This document shows positions 13,008 through 27,033 of a stretch of 64,000 bases of DNA, in pieces (the first letter of the stretch is position 1; each line of letters starts with the position of its first letter). The stretch spans positions 682,001 through 746,000 of the forward strand of contig NC_043009.1 of assembly GCF_006345805.1 (NCBI RefSeq). Direction: 5' to 3'. The notes beneath the pieces are model-generated. The model worked only from the letters and a program-made list of their open reading frames with translations, was not told where the DNA came from and did not search any database. Origin of the DNA: Octopus sinensis (lineage: Eukaryota). Made by a program: the position numbers and the translations under genes.

Positions 13008-13674
13008 GAGTTCAAATTTGTAGAAAACAAGTAAAGAAGACAGGTGAAGAATGAACGACAAGCAGGGGTTTGACGTCAGGAAGATTGGAAAAGTCTTTGA
13101 CGTCTTTGACCATTCTTGTTGATGATGTCTGGGTGATTCTTCCCAGTCATTCTCATTCCTTATTCCATCCAGTAGACCTTGCTTCCATCATCGAAACATA
13201 TGCACATATAAATATACGCGCGTGTCTTTTATGGGTAAGGGATAAAGACACCCTTCACGGGATTGCACAAACAATCAATGCTATGAATGTTCTCTACTAA
13301 GTATATATATACATACATACACACATACATATATATATAAATATATATATATATATTGTATAGAGAGCATTGTTACACATAAATGCCTCACACTAAGAGG
13401 GACAAAGTCATTACTACCAAAATTACACTAATCATACTTAATGCAGTTCTTCAAAGAACTGATAATTTCTTGTTAAGATTCCTTATTAAGAAGTTATCCT
13501 TAATTGTTAAATTTATTCCGAAATACTTTTCTTACCCGACATGCAGTTCGAAAAAGCCCGCCATTTACCGAATATATGATTTATAAACATTCCATGTGCT
13601 TGGCCAGAGTGAATAGATGTCTGTTCGTCTTCGCTAGGTAAGGTTGGTGGTTTAATTATGATGTGTTCAGAATC

Positions 13675-13731
13675 AGTTCTGCTGATGATCATAGACGTAA
13701 GTTAAATGTGAAATCACTGTGATACAGAACT
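13675..13731 (+). ncRNA. Type I hammerhead ribozyme fold in a PLE-type terminal repeat
   Basis: agttctg CTGATGA tcat..atgt GAA Atcac-t-gtgaT A cagaact. Stem I is 7 bp, the core is canonical, stem III is 5 bp, and the 10.1-11.1 pair is mismatched. Confidence 0.7.
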
Positions 13732-14028
13732 AAATTCATTTTTTTAAATGTTTTGCTTTGAAGAACTGCATTAAGTATGATTAGTGTAATTTTGGTAGTA
13801 ATGACTTTGTCCCCCTTAGTGTGAGGCATTTTGTGTAATAATGTGCCCTTATACAATATAAATTAATTTGTTCAAAAGGAAAGGAATTATTTTCGAATTT
13901 TTTTCTCTTATGAGGTTTTTCACGCTAACTACCTGATAATTTCTCTGTTAAGATCCCTATTAAGAAGGTTATCCTTAATTGTTAAATATATCTATATATA
14001 TATATTATATATATATATATATTTATAT

Positions 14029-14059
<31 letters not shown>

Positions 14060-14106
14060 TAACATATATATATGTATACATATACATATACACATATATA
14101 TATGTG

Positions 14107-14142
<36 letters not shown>

Positions 14143-14143
<1 letters not shown>

Positions 14144-14452
14144 GTAGAGGCACAATGGCCTAGTGGTTAGGGCAGCGGACTCGCGGTCGTAGGATCGCGG
14201 TTTCGATTCCCAGACCGGGCGTTGTGAGTGTTTATTGAGCGAAAACACCTTAAAGCTCCACAAGGCACCGGCAGGGGGTGGTGATCCTGCTGTACTCTTT
14301 CACACCACTCTTTCTCCAACCTTTCTTCTGTTGGCCTGCTCGCTTAGCCAGCGGGGGGGTGGCGTCATTCGAAGGCTAAAACAATGCGAATGCATTGTGA
14401 CCAGCGATGTGTAACTACATCTGATGGACTGGTCGGTCACGTGATCACGTGA
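14143..14452 (+). mobile_element. SINE family C (tail type 2, ending gtcacgtgatcacgtga)
   Basis: Head and core as at 1532. The same tail recurs inverted at ~50350-50480. Confidence 0.85.
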
Positions 14453-14506
14453 TATATATATGAATATATCATACATACAATATATATATCTATATATTAC
14501 ATCTAA

Positions 14507-14594
<88 letters not shown>

Positions 14595-14899
14595 TAGGAA
14601 GGTAGACAATCACAAATACCTATATTATTTGTTTTTAGTTCCCAAATTTTGCTAGATAGTGTTGTGCAACCTGCCTTATGTTTTAGTCTAAAAGAGGAAA
14701 AATGATTGTTAAGACGTTTTTTTAAAATCCATCGAACATCCGAAATAAAGAAAGCTATTGTTAGAAGTTATTATCGTGCATTTATAAATTACGTTTTGGA
14801 CCGAACAATGACCAGATACCGGACATTTTGATCTAATCCTACAATTACAACTGGGGGGTTAGGGTTAGGGTTAGTATTCAGTTTTGGAATTAGTTAAGG

Positions 14900-17520
14900 A
14901 TAGTTCTCTCACATTACTATTCTTTAAATTATTATTAGTATTAGTATTATTTTCATTATCAGTGATCATGTTGATATCCAAATTAGGGTTACTATTTATT
15001 AATCCATCTTCACCATCATTCCCACCTACCATACTTTTACCTATACTACCTATTTTTACTATTTATATCAATGTTGTTATTATATTATTATTATTATTAT
15101 TATTGTTGTTTTGTTGTTGTTGTTATTTCTATTGTTGATGCTATTATTACAATTATTACTATTATCTTTGTTGTTACTATTCATTCTACTCCTGGCTAAC
15201 TTAATATTTGTACTATTAAGTCTAGCTACTATGGTAGCCATGTTTGGGAGGGTTGAATATGAAATTCTTACTGATCTCCTAGAAATTATTTTATGATATT
15301 TATGGGAGACTAGGAGGTTTTTTCTAGTATAGATTTAAATCTAGCGTACATATTCGTCGAGATCGCCCAATTAAAGGGGATATTTAACCAAATGATATTT
15401 TCTCTTTTATATTTTTTGTATAAGTCCGAGTGGGAAGGATTTGTGTTATCAGTATTTGCACGAGAATTATTATTCCTTTTACTACTATTTTTATGCCTAT
15501 CAGATTTATCTAGGTTGGCATTTTCATATTTACTTATTATCTGGTCCCTCATGTAACTGTGCCGGTGGCACGTAAAAAGCACCCACTACACTCATGGAGT
15601 GGTTGGCGTTAGGAAGGGCATCCAGCGGTAGAAACATTGCCAGATCAGACTGGGCCTGGTGCAGCCTTCTGGCTTCCCAGACCCCAGTTGCACCGTCCAA
15701 CCCATGCCATCATACAAAGCGAACGCTAAACGATGATGATGATGATAATTTGGTTTATACACTAGGTTTTTCTTTTCCATTAATTTATGTTTATGTAGGT
15801 ATGAAAGTTATTATTACTTACGTCATTTATATTCACTTCATTATTTGGAAGGTTTGAACTATCCTTATCAAGAAAGGTGATTTCTTGGTCATATCCCGCA
15901 TTGGATAATGCGATATTGTAATGGTTAGAGTGAGAGTTAAATATATCACTATTAGATGATAATTTTGAAATTCTTTGGGAAATATTTCTAACTAATGATT
16001 TTAGTATATTTGGGGGGTGATTAGATGATTTACTTACATATCTAGTGACCTCGCCCTCCTTTCTGAATGAGTAATGTGACTTGAATTTAGGTCTAATGTA
16101 ACATCTAGGAAATTAACTATCTTAGTGTTAGGTTCATAAGTAATGCCTAGGTTAAAATCTTTAAACAAATTTGTTAAGTTTTCTTTTTTATCCTCTCAAT
16201 ACTTGATTTACTATTGCTAGGTACAACGAACAAAGCATCATCCCTATATAGACCACCTTGTAACTCAGGGATATCCCTGTTTATGCATTTTAATAAGTAT
16301 GCTCCTACCAGATTCGTTATCTCCGCTGAGTCACTAGAGCCCATAGGTATATCAAAATGATTAGGGGTATCCGCCCTAGTCCATAATTTACCTTCGAATT
16401 CAATGATAGTTTTTCTAGCTAATAGGATTATGTCAATTTCTTCTCTAGATATGTGAGAGCGATTCATAGCAAAAATAAGCGATTTATTTAGTAGAATGGG
16501 GGATATACTTGAATAGTAATTGTTAATATCAAATTGGATAAAATAAATTCTATTAGTGTTATCTAGAGATTTTAACCAATCTATCACTTCATCTGTATTA
16601 ATCCATAGACTCAAGGGGAGATTAGGAATTATATGGGGTAGAATATTGTCCAATATAGATTTGCTAAGTCGGCCAATGTCCGACTTTGTTGGACATATGA
16701 GTCTTACCGAGGGGTTTTCTAAGAAATCTTTCTTATGGTCCTTAAGATTGATCCTGGGTTCACATGGTATAAGATCACTTTTATTAAATTAAACTTTTTG
16801 TAAGATCACTTTTATTAAATTAACGAGAATAATGGACCCACCTGGCATAATTTCATATCGTCAACCAATAGTGCCACACCTGAGATGTTAGTCACGTTGT
16901 GATTGAGAAATCGGTCAACATAAATATTACTTTACACATCCTGCTATCATATTTTCTTATGCAACAATCAATTTCTATCCTGTTTCTTTATTTTGAGTTC
17001 GTTTCAAATATTAAAAAAAAATTTTATCATGATAGTTTGGTCCGTTCTATCGGTCAGATCGTAATTCACCATAACTTTTTTGATTTCTAAATTGATCTCT
17101 CTCAAGTTTTTCTTCGTTGTTACTTTATACCTTAAGTTTAGTTCCTTTCTAATGAGTTTGCTGTAAGTCGCGTAATCCATTCTGTAAAGATTTCGAGTTT
17201 TGTCGGCTGGGAGAAGGATCCCCTATTTATTTTGAATAGATTTAATGAAATCCTTTAGATGTTAAAGGTTTGGATTGTATCTCAGTTGATGCTCCTTGAA
17301 TTTTATATTTGTGATAAGGTCCAGTAGATCTTTTTCAATGATTTCAAGCAATGGGTTCGGAGGTGGGCTCTTCCTACTTCTAAAACTCTTTTTGTAATTA
17401 TTATCCAGGTGTGTTAGTTGAGGGTCTTTTTCCTGTTTGGTATCGTAGTGGTAAGTAATCCATCTAATTCTTCGGATAAATTCATTGGTTCTGTGGACCA
17501 ACAGCCATATGTATTCGCCC
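14900..17520 (-). pseudogene. Degenerate Penelope-like element RT ORF
   Basis: ORF 16174-16653 has IQFDINNYYSSI, IPMGSSDSAEI and LYRDD. ORF 17262-17501 has FIRRIRW and ORF 15310-15582 has NIIWLNIPFN. The element is interrupted by a SINE at 15541-15740. Confidence 0.8.
15541..15740 (+). mobile_element. SINE 3' part with Meta-domain-like box and (GAT)n tail
   Basis: ggagtggttggcgttaggaagggcatccagcggtagaaac...cgctaaacgatgatgatgatgat. The Meta-domain assignment is from memory. Confidence 0.55.
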
Positions 17521-18095
17521 TTACTATGTAAGGGGATATCCTTTAAATAAAAATTATGAGTATTCCTATATTTTTCAAATTTTAACTTTTTATTATAATA
17601 ATAAAAAGAAATATACTACACTAGCCTTCAACTTAACTTTCATAGATGATTAGAAAAACTTCACTGTAAACTTGAAATTGAAATTTTCTTCTAAATCTGA
17701 TCTAGTTTTAAAATTAACAAAGCTGTCCCCCAGTTATAAAATACTATGCTTACTCATAATAATAAGTGATAGTTTTTCCCTAATCTCTGTAAAGGGGATT
17801 AATTGACCTAGTTTCTTCTCACCAAATAGCAGTAATTGGCATTTTGTTAGTGGCAACTTGAATTCCTTTTATGGTATTCTGAAACCTCCCTTACCCTCAT
17901 TCCTACAACTAAAAAATTATTTTTTATTTCTAATTCTTATAGCAGTTAGATACAACCATAGTTTGGTCAGTTAGTGGCTGGACTTCACAACCTCATATGT
18001 TCTAAAATTTTAAATCTACATCTTTATCTGTAAATCTACCTTCTCTATAATGTTGCTACTTGATTTGAAAGCTTTTGTATTATTGGAAAACCTAT

Positions 18096-18186
18096 GTAAT
18101 TGGCTGATGAGCACTCAGCATCTTAAATCTGCTGTAATACAACATTTAATAAAATGTTGTAGTGCGAAAAAATTGTACCAAATTAC
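18096..18186 (+). ncRNA. Type I hammerhead fold with branched stem II
   Basis: ttgg CTGATGA gcact [cagca..tgctg][acaacattt..aaatgttgt] agtgc GAA AaaattgT A ccaa. Homolog at 45421-45515. Confidence 0.7.
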
Positions 18187-18214
18187 CGGAGTCAATCTTG
18201 TTGCTTATTTTTGA

Positions 18215-18293
<79 letters not shown>

Positions 18294-18296
18294 ACA

Positions 18297-18335
<39 letters not shown>

Positions 18336-18986
18336 TAAATACATACGCACAATTGTATATACATACATACAATATCATTGTAACTCATAATTTCTTTGTA
18401 GACGACCTGAAGATTCATGCTAAAAGTGTGAACAATGCTTAAAACCAACTGGAATTAATTCCAACCATTTCAGCTGCTATTGCTAGACAGCCGTTCATCC
18501 GACCTTTCAACAGGTCTTGTTTTTAATTTTGTTGGGTTTCTAGCAACGCTCCTCATCTGGATATCCAGGTGGGGTTGCCAGTTTAGTCCTGACAACCCAA
18601 CCATGCAACTGGTTGTACTGGATTCCATGTTACCAGCAGCACTTATGAGAGCCTTGTAAGTGACCTGACATACAGACAGACATACATAAATATATACATA
18701 CATATATATTTGCATACTTACAAACACATACATAGACATACATACATGCATACATACAGACATACATATATACATGCATGCATACATACATGCATACACA
18801 CATACATGCATATACACATACATGCATACATACGTACATACATGCATGCATACATACAAACATACATACATATATACATGCATACATATATACATGCATA
18901 CACACATACATGCATACACACATACAAGCATGCATACATACATACATACGTACATACATACATGCATGCATACATACATACATTCA

Positions 18987-19019
<33 letters not shown>

Positions 19020-20333
19020 GCATGCATACATGCATGCATACATGCATACATAGATACATACATGCATGCATACATACAAACATACATATATATTTGCATG
19101 CTTACAAACCCATACCTACACACATACATACAAACATACACACACGCATACATATATGCATGCATACATCAATACATATGCAATATATAAACGTATATAT
19201 ATATATATATATATATATACAGTGATGGGTACAGCTAACCGAAAAGTTAGCTTCGCAAACGATAAACCGCTAAACAGGTAAAAAAAAATGCGGAAGCTAA
19301 TATTAAATGCTGACCCCTAACTTTTATGAATTTAGTTTCGGTTTGGTCTTTTGGCTCTAAAACCCCTAAAAACAGACCTAGGGGGCTGAAATTTTCACGT
19401 TGTAGCTAGACATATACTGAAGCCGGTACTATTTTGTGGTAGAAAGGGCTCCTTAGCCGTAGTGAAGGCAATCTATCTAGGGAGATAACCTTACAATAAA
19501 TCACTGGGTCCGTAGCTTAGAAATACTGGGTTGACGTCCAGCGGGAACAGCTTTGTTTCATGGAGGAGGAAATATCTTCTTTAGTAATTGGTTGTACAAT
19601 GCTTTCAAATGTGTGTAGTAGTGGCATGCGCACACACTATTAGCCATTTGAAAAGACTATGAAAGTCTCGACCACGGTCGAACAATGATGATGATGATTT
19701 TGTGCCCTTGTTTGTTAACATATATATCTATATATACGTAAAATGAAAACGTTATTTAAAGTTTCTTATATTGGTGACAGAAATATGTGTAACATGACCG
19801 TTTTTCGTAGAATGTTGACAAAGGAAATGGAGTGGGAGATGGAATATCTGCCACAATGGTGAAAGCTACTTCCATCAACCTCGATGTAAAAAATGAAAAG
19901 AGGTATTCAGTGCAATTCAAATGCATAAATAAATGTTTCTAATTTCGGCACAAAACAAGCCATTTTGTAGGTTCAAATACCTCTTTGGGATTTGAGTCCA
20001 GAACATAAAAGATCCGAAAAAATCCTATAAGACATTTTTTTACCAACGCTGTAATGGCTCTGCTAATTTACCGCCCTGAGAAAAAATAGTAAGGACAGTT
20101 TCCAACTTTTGGCACGGAGCTAGCAATTTCGGTGGAGGTGTTAAATGGCACATCTTTTATCAACCCCTTTCGGGGTTGATAGAATAAGTACCACCTGACC
20201 CCTCCACTGAAATTGCTGGCCTTGTGCCAAACAGATAAAAGGCAATGTCGTGCTTGGTGGTATTTGAACTCAGAACATAAGGACGGACGAAATACTGCTA
20301 AGCATTTTGGCAGCTTGCCGCCTTGTCCACATC

Positions 20334-20386
<53 letters not shown>

Positions 20387-20400
20387 TAATAATAATAATA

Positions 20401-20940
20401 CTTGCTCTGATGCAATATCAGGCAGTGGCTCTCGTGGCTTCTGATCTTAACTGATTGGAAGTGTTATCATGTACATTGTTTTGTCTTGGTATAAAAGATG
20501 GGCTACAGCAAATATTCTGCTCAATACCACAGATTTGCTTGTCAGTTGTTTGACCTTAACCAGTTGAGCATGTCCCTTGGTGGCTGACGATATGTGCATC
20601 TCTGATCACAAGCAGAAGTAGTGGGGAGCATCATAGCTATGTGTTGAGAGGGATTCTTTGGGGTTTGAAACATGGGTGTTTCGTTCAACATCCTTAAACA
20701 ACCTTTATTCGGGGACCTTTTGAGTGGGATGGGTTACTCGACCAGAAGAACATTCTAACTGGGCCCAACCGGCAAGGTCATGCGCTGTTTATTTTGATAT
20801 GAGATCACCACGTCGCGCACATATAGCTGTGATGCATGTGCCTGGTGTACCCTTATCAGACGGGTCATCATAATGGGTATACTGGGCTTCTTATATTTTA
20901 CCCCAGTGTCACTTTGATGGCATGCACTCTCTCTCACTCA
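20401..20940 (+). mobile_element. Second copy of the (TAA)n-embedded 550-bp repeat
   Basis: Reverse-complement match to 4989-5544. Preceded by (TAA)n at 20335-20400 and followed by gtaataattataata. Confidence 0.8.
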
Positions 20941-21940
20941 GTAATAATTATAATACTTTATATTTTCTGGCCCTCGACCAGCAGTTTTGAGAAGAGACTA
21001 CTTAATACCATTGTCTCACATAGTTGATTGATGCTTTATTTTATCGACATCAAAAGGATGAAAGACAAAAGTGGATCTAGGTGGAATGTGAACTCAGAGC
21101 GTAAAGAGCCGGAAGAAATACCACTAAGCATTTTTTCCGTCGCGTTAACAAATCTGCCGCCTTGCCTTCTTGGATTGTGAAATGAAAACATTAATGTTAC
21201 ATCAGTAGTAAAAGTGAAGGCGCGTGGCCTAATGGTTAGGATGTTACACGGACGATCGCCAAGTTATGTTTTCGATTCAGGGCACTGCGTGTTATGTTCT
21301 TGAGCAAAACATTTCATTTCTATTTGCTCTAGTTTTGTGTGGGGACCAGCACGCCCAAAAACAGACCCACGTTTTCTTTGCATGTCGTGAAAGGCGACTA
21401 ATAGAGGTTGAAATAGGATTTGCACTCTGACCGCGAAAAACCCTCACCAGTAACGAATACCCAAACAGTTTGGAGAGTTGTCATCTCAATCGTGCAAAGA
21501 TGTCATCCGCCAAGAACAGTAGGCAATCACCAACAAATGGTGGATGCAGCGAAGGGCTATTACAGCGCATGCCCCCATACAAGTAGTTGTTGTTGTTGTT
21601 GTTCTAAAATATCAGACGCAAGATCCATTCTTCGTACATTTCGTGTATTAAATTCACAGAACGAATTCCCTTCTTAGTCTTGGATTGAATGATTTTTTAA
21701 AAAATATCTTTTCTAACGTTAGTCATATAATTTTGTGTAAAGACGTTGAATTGGTACAGTGTTGATATGACTCGAGTTCTGTTAGTTTATTTCCATGTGA
21801 ATCCAATTGCCGATGAGGGTGACCATTGGAAATCCGTTGATTGTACAAAGTAATGACCAATAAAATTTCACGAGTATTACTTCTACATTCATCCTTCTCT
21901 CTCTCTCTCTCTCCTCTCTCTCCTCTCTCTCTCTCTCCTC

Positions 21941-21998
<58 letters not shown>

Positions 21999-22499
21999 TC
22001 TTTTTGGCTTGATTTGTTGATATTTATTAGATGTGAAAGGCTACTTTTTGGAGAGTGTGAAACCTATTGGCACAGCCGTTTTAGCGTCGCTGATTCAACG
22101 CTGATTTATTTGACATCAGCCGTTTTATTGTTTCTCTCGTTCTCTCTTTGTCCTCTGTCTTCAGTCTGTCTGCCGTTCTCTTTCTTACTATCGCTCTCTT
22201 TCGCTTTCTCACTCTCTCCCTCCCTCTCCCCCCTCTCTCTCTCTCTCACTTCTCTTCTTTCCCTCAATATCTTTAATATGTGTATATTTCTGCACGCGTA
22301 TGTGTGTGAGTGTGTGTGTGTGTATGTCTGTCTATTTGCCTCCAGGACCAAGATCTACTGTTGGTAAAACAAGCTGAATGCTCAGTCGGCCGTGCTAAAT
22401 CATCAGCGTCCAAACAGCTGCACCCAATCTTCTAATTCTGCTAACCGGAGGATTCAGTTAATGGCTTATAGTATTCAATGCCTCCAGTGTTTTTGTTTT

Positions 22500-22720
22500 T
22501 TTTAACACCATCTGTTGTTTCTTTATCGTTAAAGAGGACCCGGTGTTCTCTTGTTAAATGCCGGCCCCATTCTCTTGATGTTATCTCGTTAAATGTCCCT
22601 TGGAATCAACTCGTTAAATACACCCTGGAATCATCTCGTAAAATACCTCCTGGAATCATCTCGTTAAATATTCCCAGTTGTTTTGTCGCTTAACGCGTTC
22701 AGGTGTTCTCTAGTTAAACA
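22500..22720. repeat. Degenerate ~24-bp minisatellite (ctcgttaaatNNNcctggaatcat)
   Basis: Several diverging units containing tcgttaaa; the central three or four are near-identical. Confidence 0.7.
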
Positions 22721-23464
22721 CATTTTTCTTATAATTACCTTCTTTGAAAGGCGTCCTATCACCTTTGCTGCAATAAAATAATTGATCATTATTTTATTAC
22801 AGTGTAATATACCTATGGGGTAGATAAGCTAAAATAAAATAGTTAATTACCAAGGTCGATACCTTCACTACAAAATATGATAGAAATCCTTATTAGAACT
22901 AAATAATCCTGAATGACCCTTAACATTTACTAATTTGAAATTTTTCTTCCCTTACAGTCAGAGGTTATATTTTTACAGCAAAAATAAATGTATCTTTTAG
23001 ACATATTGTATGTATGTAAATAATGTGTGTGTGTGTGTTTGTGTGTGTTTTATATTAAAACTGTATACTCCCTCCCGGTGAAAAGTGGTAGGAATCATCC
23101 ATTACAAATATACCAGTAACCGGTTGTCAAGAGAGGGTCGAGAGTCAAAGAGTTGAGAGTCGACAGTTCTAGTCGGTGTCTTGTGGAGCTATCAGCAATA
23201 GTAAGACAAGAAGTTAGTGTAGTACTATTCCGGTACGAAGAAGTACAACGGTATCTGATGGCTAGTAACTTTTGTGGCTACTAGCGTCAAACAGCAACTA
23301 CAGTACAACGGCAGTCACTCATCAGACCAATGGGAGGAACCCATTTTCAACAAATTTACGCGAAGTGAAAAAAGCGTTCATGCAGTGTGTTTAAACTAAT
23401 TAAACTAATTAAAAACCTCGACAAAAAAGAAACAAAAAGTTTGTTGTGCAAACTTACGAAAATC

Positions 23465-25040
23465 GTAAAATATGGAAGACTTGTTAGCTGGGGTAGTTGA
23501 GTTGCAAAAACAGCAACAACAACTCAAGGAAGAACAAGAAGAACAACAAGGATTGCAGCAGTAAATGTTACATCTAATGGAGTTGATAACCAAACCGGAG
23601 AATACATTTTCGCCTGACCATGTAGTAAATTCTGTAAGCGAATTCAAATGTGACCTCGAAGAAGTAACTTACGAATATTTCAACAATCTTTTGTAAAAGA
23701 ATGTCAAGATTGGATGGACGAAATGAAAATGCATCTAGTTTAAAGAAAACTAGCGACAGGAGAGTATGAAAAGTATAGTAACTTCATAATGCCAAAAACA
23801 AGCGTCCGATATAATTTTCACCGACACAGTTGACATTTTGTGCAAAATGTTTAGTAAAAAGAGCTCACTGTTTAATACCAGATGGAAATGTTTAAACTTA
23901 GAAAAGAACGAAGATGAAGACTCCACTACTTAAGGCATAACACAGAAGAAATTCAACGAAAGGAATATTTTCACATAAGACCAGTGCAAAAAAGTCGGAA
24001 GACAAAATGTTGCAAGGATATCAGAAAAAATATCGGGATGTAGACCCATGTATGGCATGTGGTGGGATGCACCTGAAAAAAGGATTGTCCGTATAAAAAA
24101 GCAAAGTATTTTCGTTGCGGGTTTACAGGACGTATAAAATCGCACTGCAAAACTAGAATGATAGGAAAATGGAACAAACAAGAAAAATAAAAAATCTCTC
24201 AGTAGGAAAAGTTGTGACTACAACAAAGAGAAAATTCGTGAATGTAAGAATTGAAACCACGGATACACGGGGAGTGACATCAAAAGCATAAATGAGAAAA
24301 CATGGGAACAAATGGATAAACCGAAATTATAGAGTCCAAGCAAAATAGCGTGTGGTGTTACGGGAAGGAAATTATATTTCACGGGCGAACGCGTTTGTAA
24401 TATAATGTTCAAAGGTCGAACCAAAAACGTGAGGGTTTATGTGTTGAAAAAATCCATGAATTTACTTGGCACCGAATGTATGGAGAAATTTAATTTATGG
24501 GATACGCCTATAAGTGTTTTGTGCAACAACGTAAACGGAGCAGTCAAACGATCGAACGAGGTCGATGAACTGAGGCAAAAATGAAAGAAACTTTCCCAAA
24601 AGTTTTTCGGGAGGTTTAAGCTATTGCACAAAAACAAAAGCAAGGATTGCTCTCAAAGAAAATTCAACACCTATTTTCAAGACCAAACGGAACTTGTCGT
24701 TTGCGGAGTAGACCAGGTCAATAAAGAACTACAAAGGTTGGAAAGCCTGAATATAATTGAAAGGATTGGCCAAAAGTGTGCGCAGACTTCTCAACCGGAT
24801 TAAACGACTGTTTACTCACACACAATTACTCACTACCAAGCCCAGAAGAAGTATTTGCTAAACTAAACGGAGAGAAAATTTTCTCGAAGTTAGACCTCTC
24901 AGCAGCGTACCTTCAAATTCAGTTAGAGGAAGATTGTACACATCTACTAACAATCAATACGCACCGTGGATTGCACACGTTCAAACGACTGCCGTTTGGA
25001 GTAAAAGTGGCACCGCCATATTCCAACAAATAATGGATGC
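23465..25040 (+). pseudogene. Ty3/gypsy LTR retrotransposon gag-pol remnant
   Basis: Gag-like MEDLLAGVVELQKQQQ..FSPDHVVNS. The RT ORF 24776-25033 has LPSPEEVFAKLNGEKIFSKLDLSAAYLQI..TINTHRGL..FKRLPFGVKVAP. Many stops. Confidence 0.85.
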
Positions 25041-25689
25041 GATGTTACCCTGCATCGTTATATGTTTTATTGTTACTACACGGTTATAGTGTAAAAAAAT
25101 ATCGTCATAACAATTGGCGATACAACAAAGGTATATTTAGGTATAAAGCCAGCAATTTTAAGTGGAGGGAGCAGTTTAGTCGATGCCGTTGACATTTGCA
25201 TTTGATTACGGCTTTATTTAATCGATCCCAAAGGGATAAAAGGCAAAGTTAACCTCGGATTGAGGGGAGGATTTTAAACTTTGAACGTAAAGAGTGGAAA
25301 CAAATACGGCAAGGCTCTAATAATTCAATTTGAAACAGCAACAACGCCCCTAACCCTTCTAAAATACACCCTACTTAAAATAAGGCAGAGAATATTTTGT
25401 TTATGTAGTTCTACATACACTAAACCACACCCTATTATCTTAAGAAAAGTCCACTACGACACTTGATTAGTGCTAGAGAAACGGTGACTGAATAATAGAA
25501 AGACAATGTGGCGGGATTTGTGATTACCGTAAAAGAAACCCGTTGATCATAGATCTTCTTGATAAAGACTGTCCTCTGCTTAATCACACACAAGGATTTA
25601 TAACGCTTCAGTATATTACATAGTGTTTTCTGTTTTTGCTCGGTCAAAAGATGAATATTTCATTTTCTTGTCTCTCTCTCTCTCTCTCT

Positions 25690-25750
<61 letters not shown>

Positions 25751-25989
25751 CCTTTCCCTCTTTCACTCCCACCTTGTCCCTTTTTTTCTCCCCCACTTTC
25801 CTTCTTTGTTTCCCACCTCCATTTTGTTTTGGAATTACTTTCAAAAATGTGTTTGCGACAAAGACAACTACATAAACAACACGAGATATGTTATCTTTTA
25901 AAGAAAGGGTGGAGCAAATTTAGTTATTATCATGACACAGTTCTGTATGTCTCAGTCTCTCCTTCTCTGCTTCACTGTCACGCACACAC

Positions 25990-26033
<44 letters not shown>

Positions 26034-26349
26034 ACACACACACATACGCATAACTACATATGCGTGTGTGAGTGTGTACATATATATATATATATGAATA
26101 TATATATTTATGTGTATATGTACATATACATATGTATTTCATACGTATGTGTGTGTATTTGTGTATACATGTATACAAACACACACACACACACACACAT
26201 ATACATACATACATTGATATGTGTGTGTGTGTGCATGCGAGTGTATGTATCTGTGCGCTATGTATGGGTGCGTGTTTGCGTGCGGTTTTTTTGCGTGTGA
26301 GCGTGTCCTACTTGTAAATCTAATTGCTTTTGGACATACATTTTTAATA

Positions 26350-27033
26350 TGCATCAGTAATGACTTTCTCACTGGTAATGCCTTTCCTGTATATTGCACA
26401 AATGTAAAAACATTAACGGCCGAAGACAGTGAATAGGGAAAGGAGAAACACCGGCACCCCAGACTAAAGAAGGTCTTCACCTACGTAAGATGTTTTTATC
26501 TGTTTGGTGGGATATGAAAGATTTAGTCCACTTTGAGCTTTTAAACCCAAACCGAACGATAACAAAGGAGATCTACTGCCAGCAACTTTAGTCGCTTAAG
26601 CCAGCGCTTGAAGAAAAAAAAATCACTATCTTTGGTTTCAAGACAAAAGGTGTTCTTCCATCAAGATAATGCTCGCCCACATACAGTGAGGATGATATTC
26701 CAAAGGCTGGAGCAGTTCGAATGGGAAACGATGCCCCACCCACCATATTCGCCGAACATTGCCCAATCTGATTATCATTTATTCCGCAGTCTTCAGAATC
26801 ATTTGGACGGAAAAAATACGAACTATGTAGATGAGGTCACAACAGTAGTGGAGGAATATTTTTCATCACGGGCAAGCGAATTTTGGAAGAAGGGCCTTGC
26901 AAGTTTCCAGATAGATCGAAGCGCATTGTAGAAAATAAAGGAGAGTATATTTTAGATTTAAAAAGAATTCTGTTTATCTTTATTTTGGAAAATAAAAGTA
27001 TAAAAAACCGCATTATTTATGGGATGACGCAAT
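26350..27033 (+). mobile_element. Mariner transposon 3' half, degenerate
   Basis: LSVWWDMK..FELL..TI...YCQQL and ORF 26608-26931 FHQDNARPH..HPPYSPNIAQSDYHLFRSLQ. Ends in TIR-like cgcattatttatgggatgacgcaata. Confidence 0.85.

Noticed and set aside
14859-14874. Telomeric TTAGGG repeats
   Set aside because: Fewer than three units, internal, and too short to call a telomere or healing site.
18470-18665. Apparent terminal exon (tgtcAG|VTYKALISAAG..SSNSS*)
   Set aside because: The sequence is homologous to the repeat at 34962-35140, so it is an interspersed element rather than a unique exon.
21420-22130. Short open frames that could be exons (21480-21590, 22030-22105; also 9105-9215, 25520-25620, 30540-30660)
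   Set aside because: No recognisable protein motif and weak or missing splice sites, so they cannot be supported from sequence alone.
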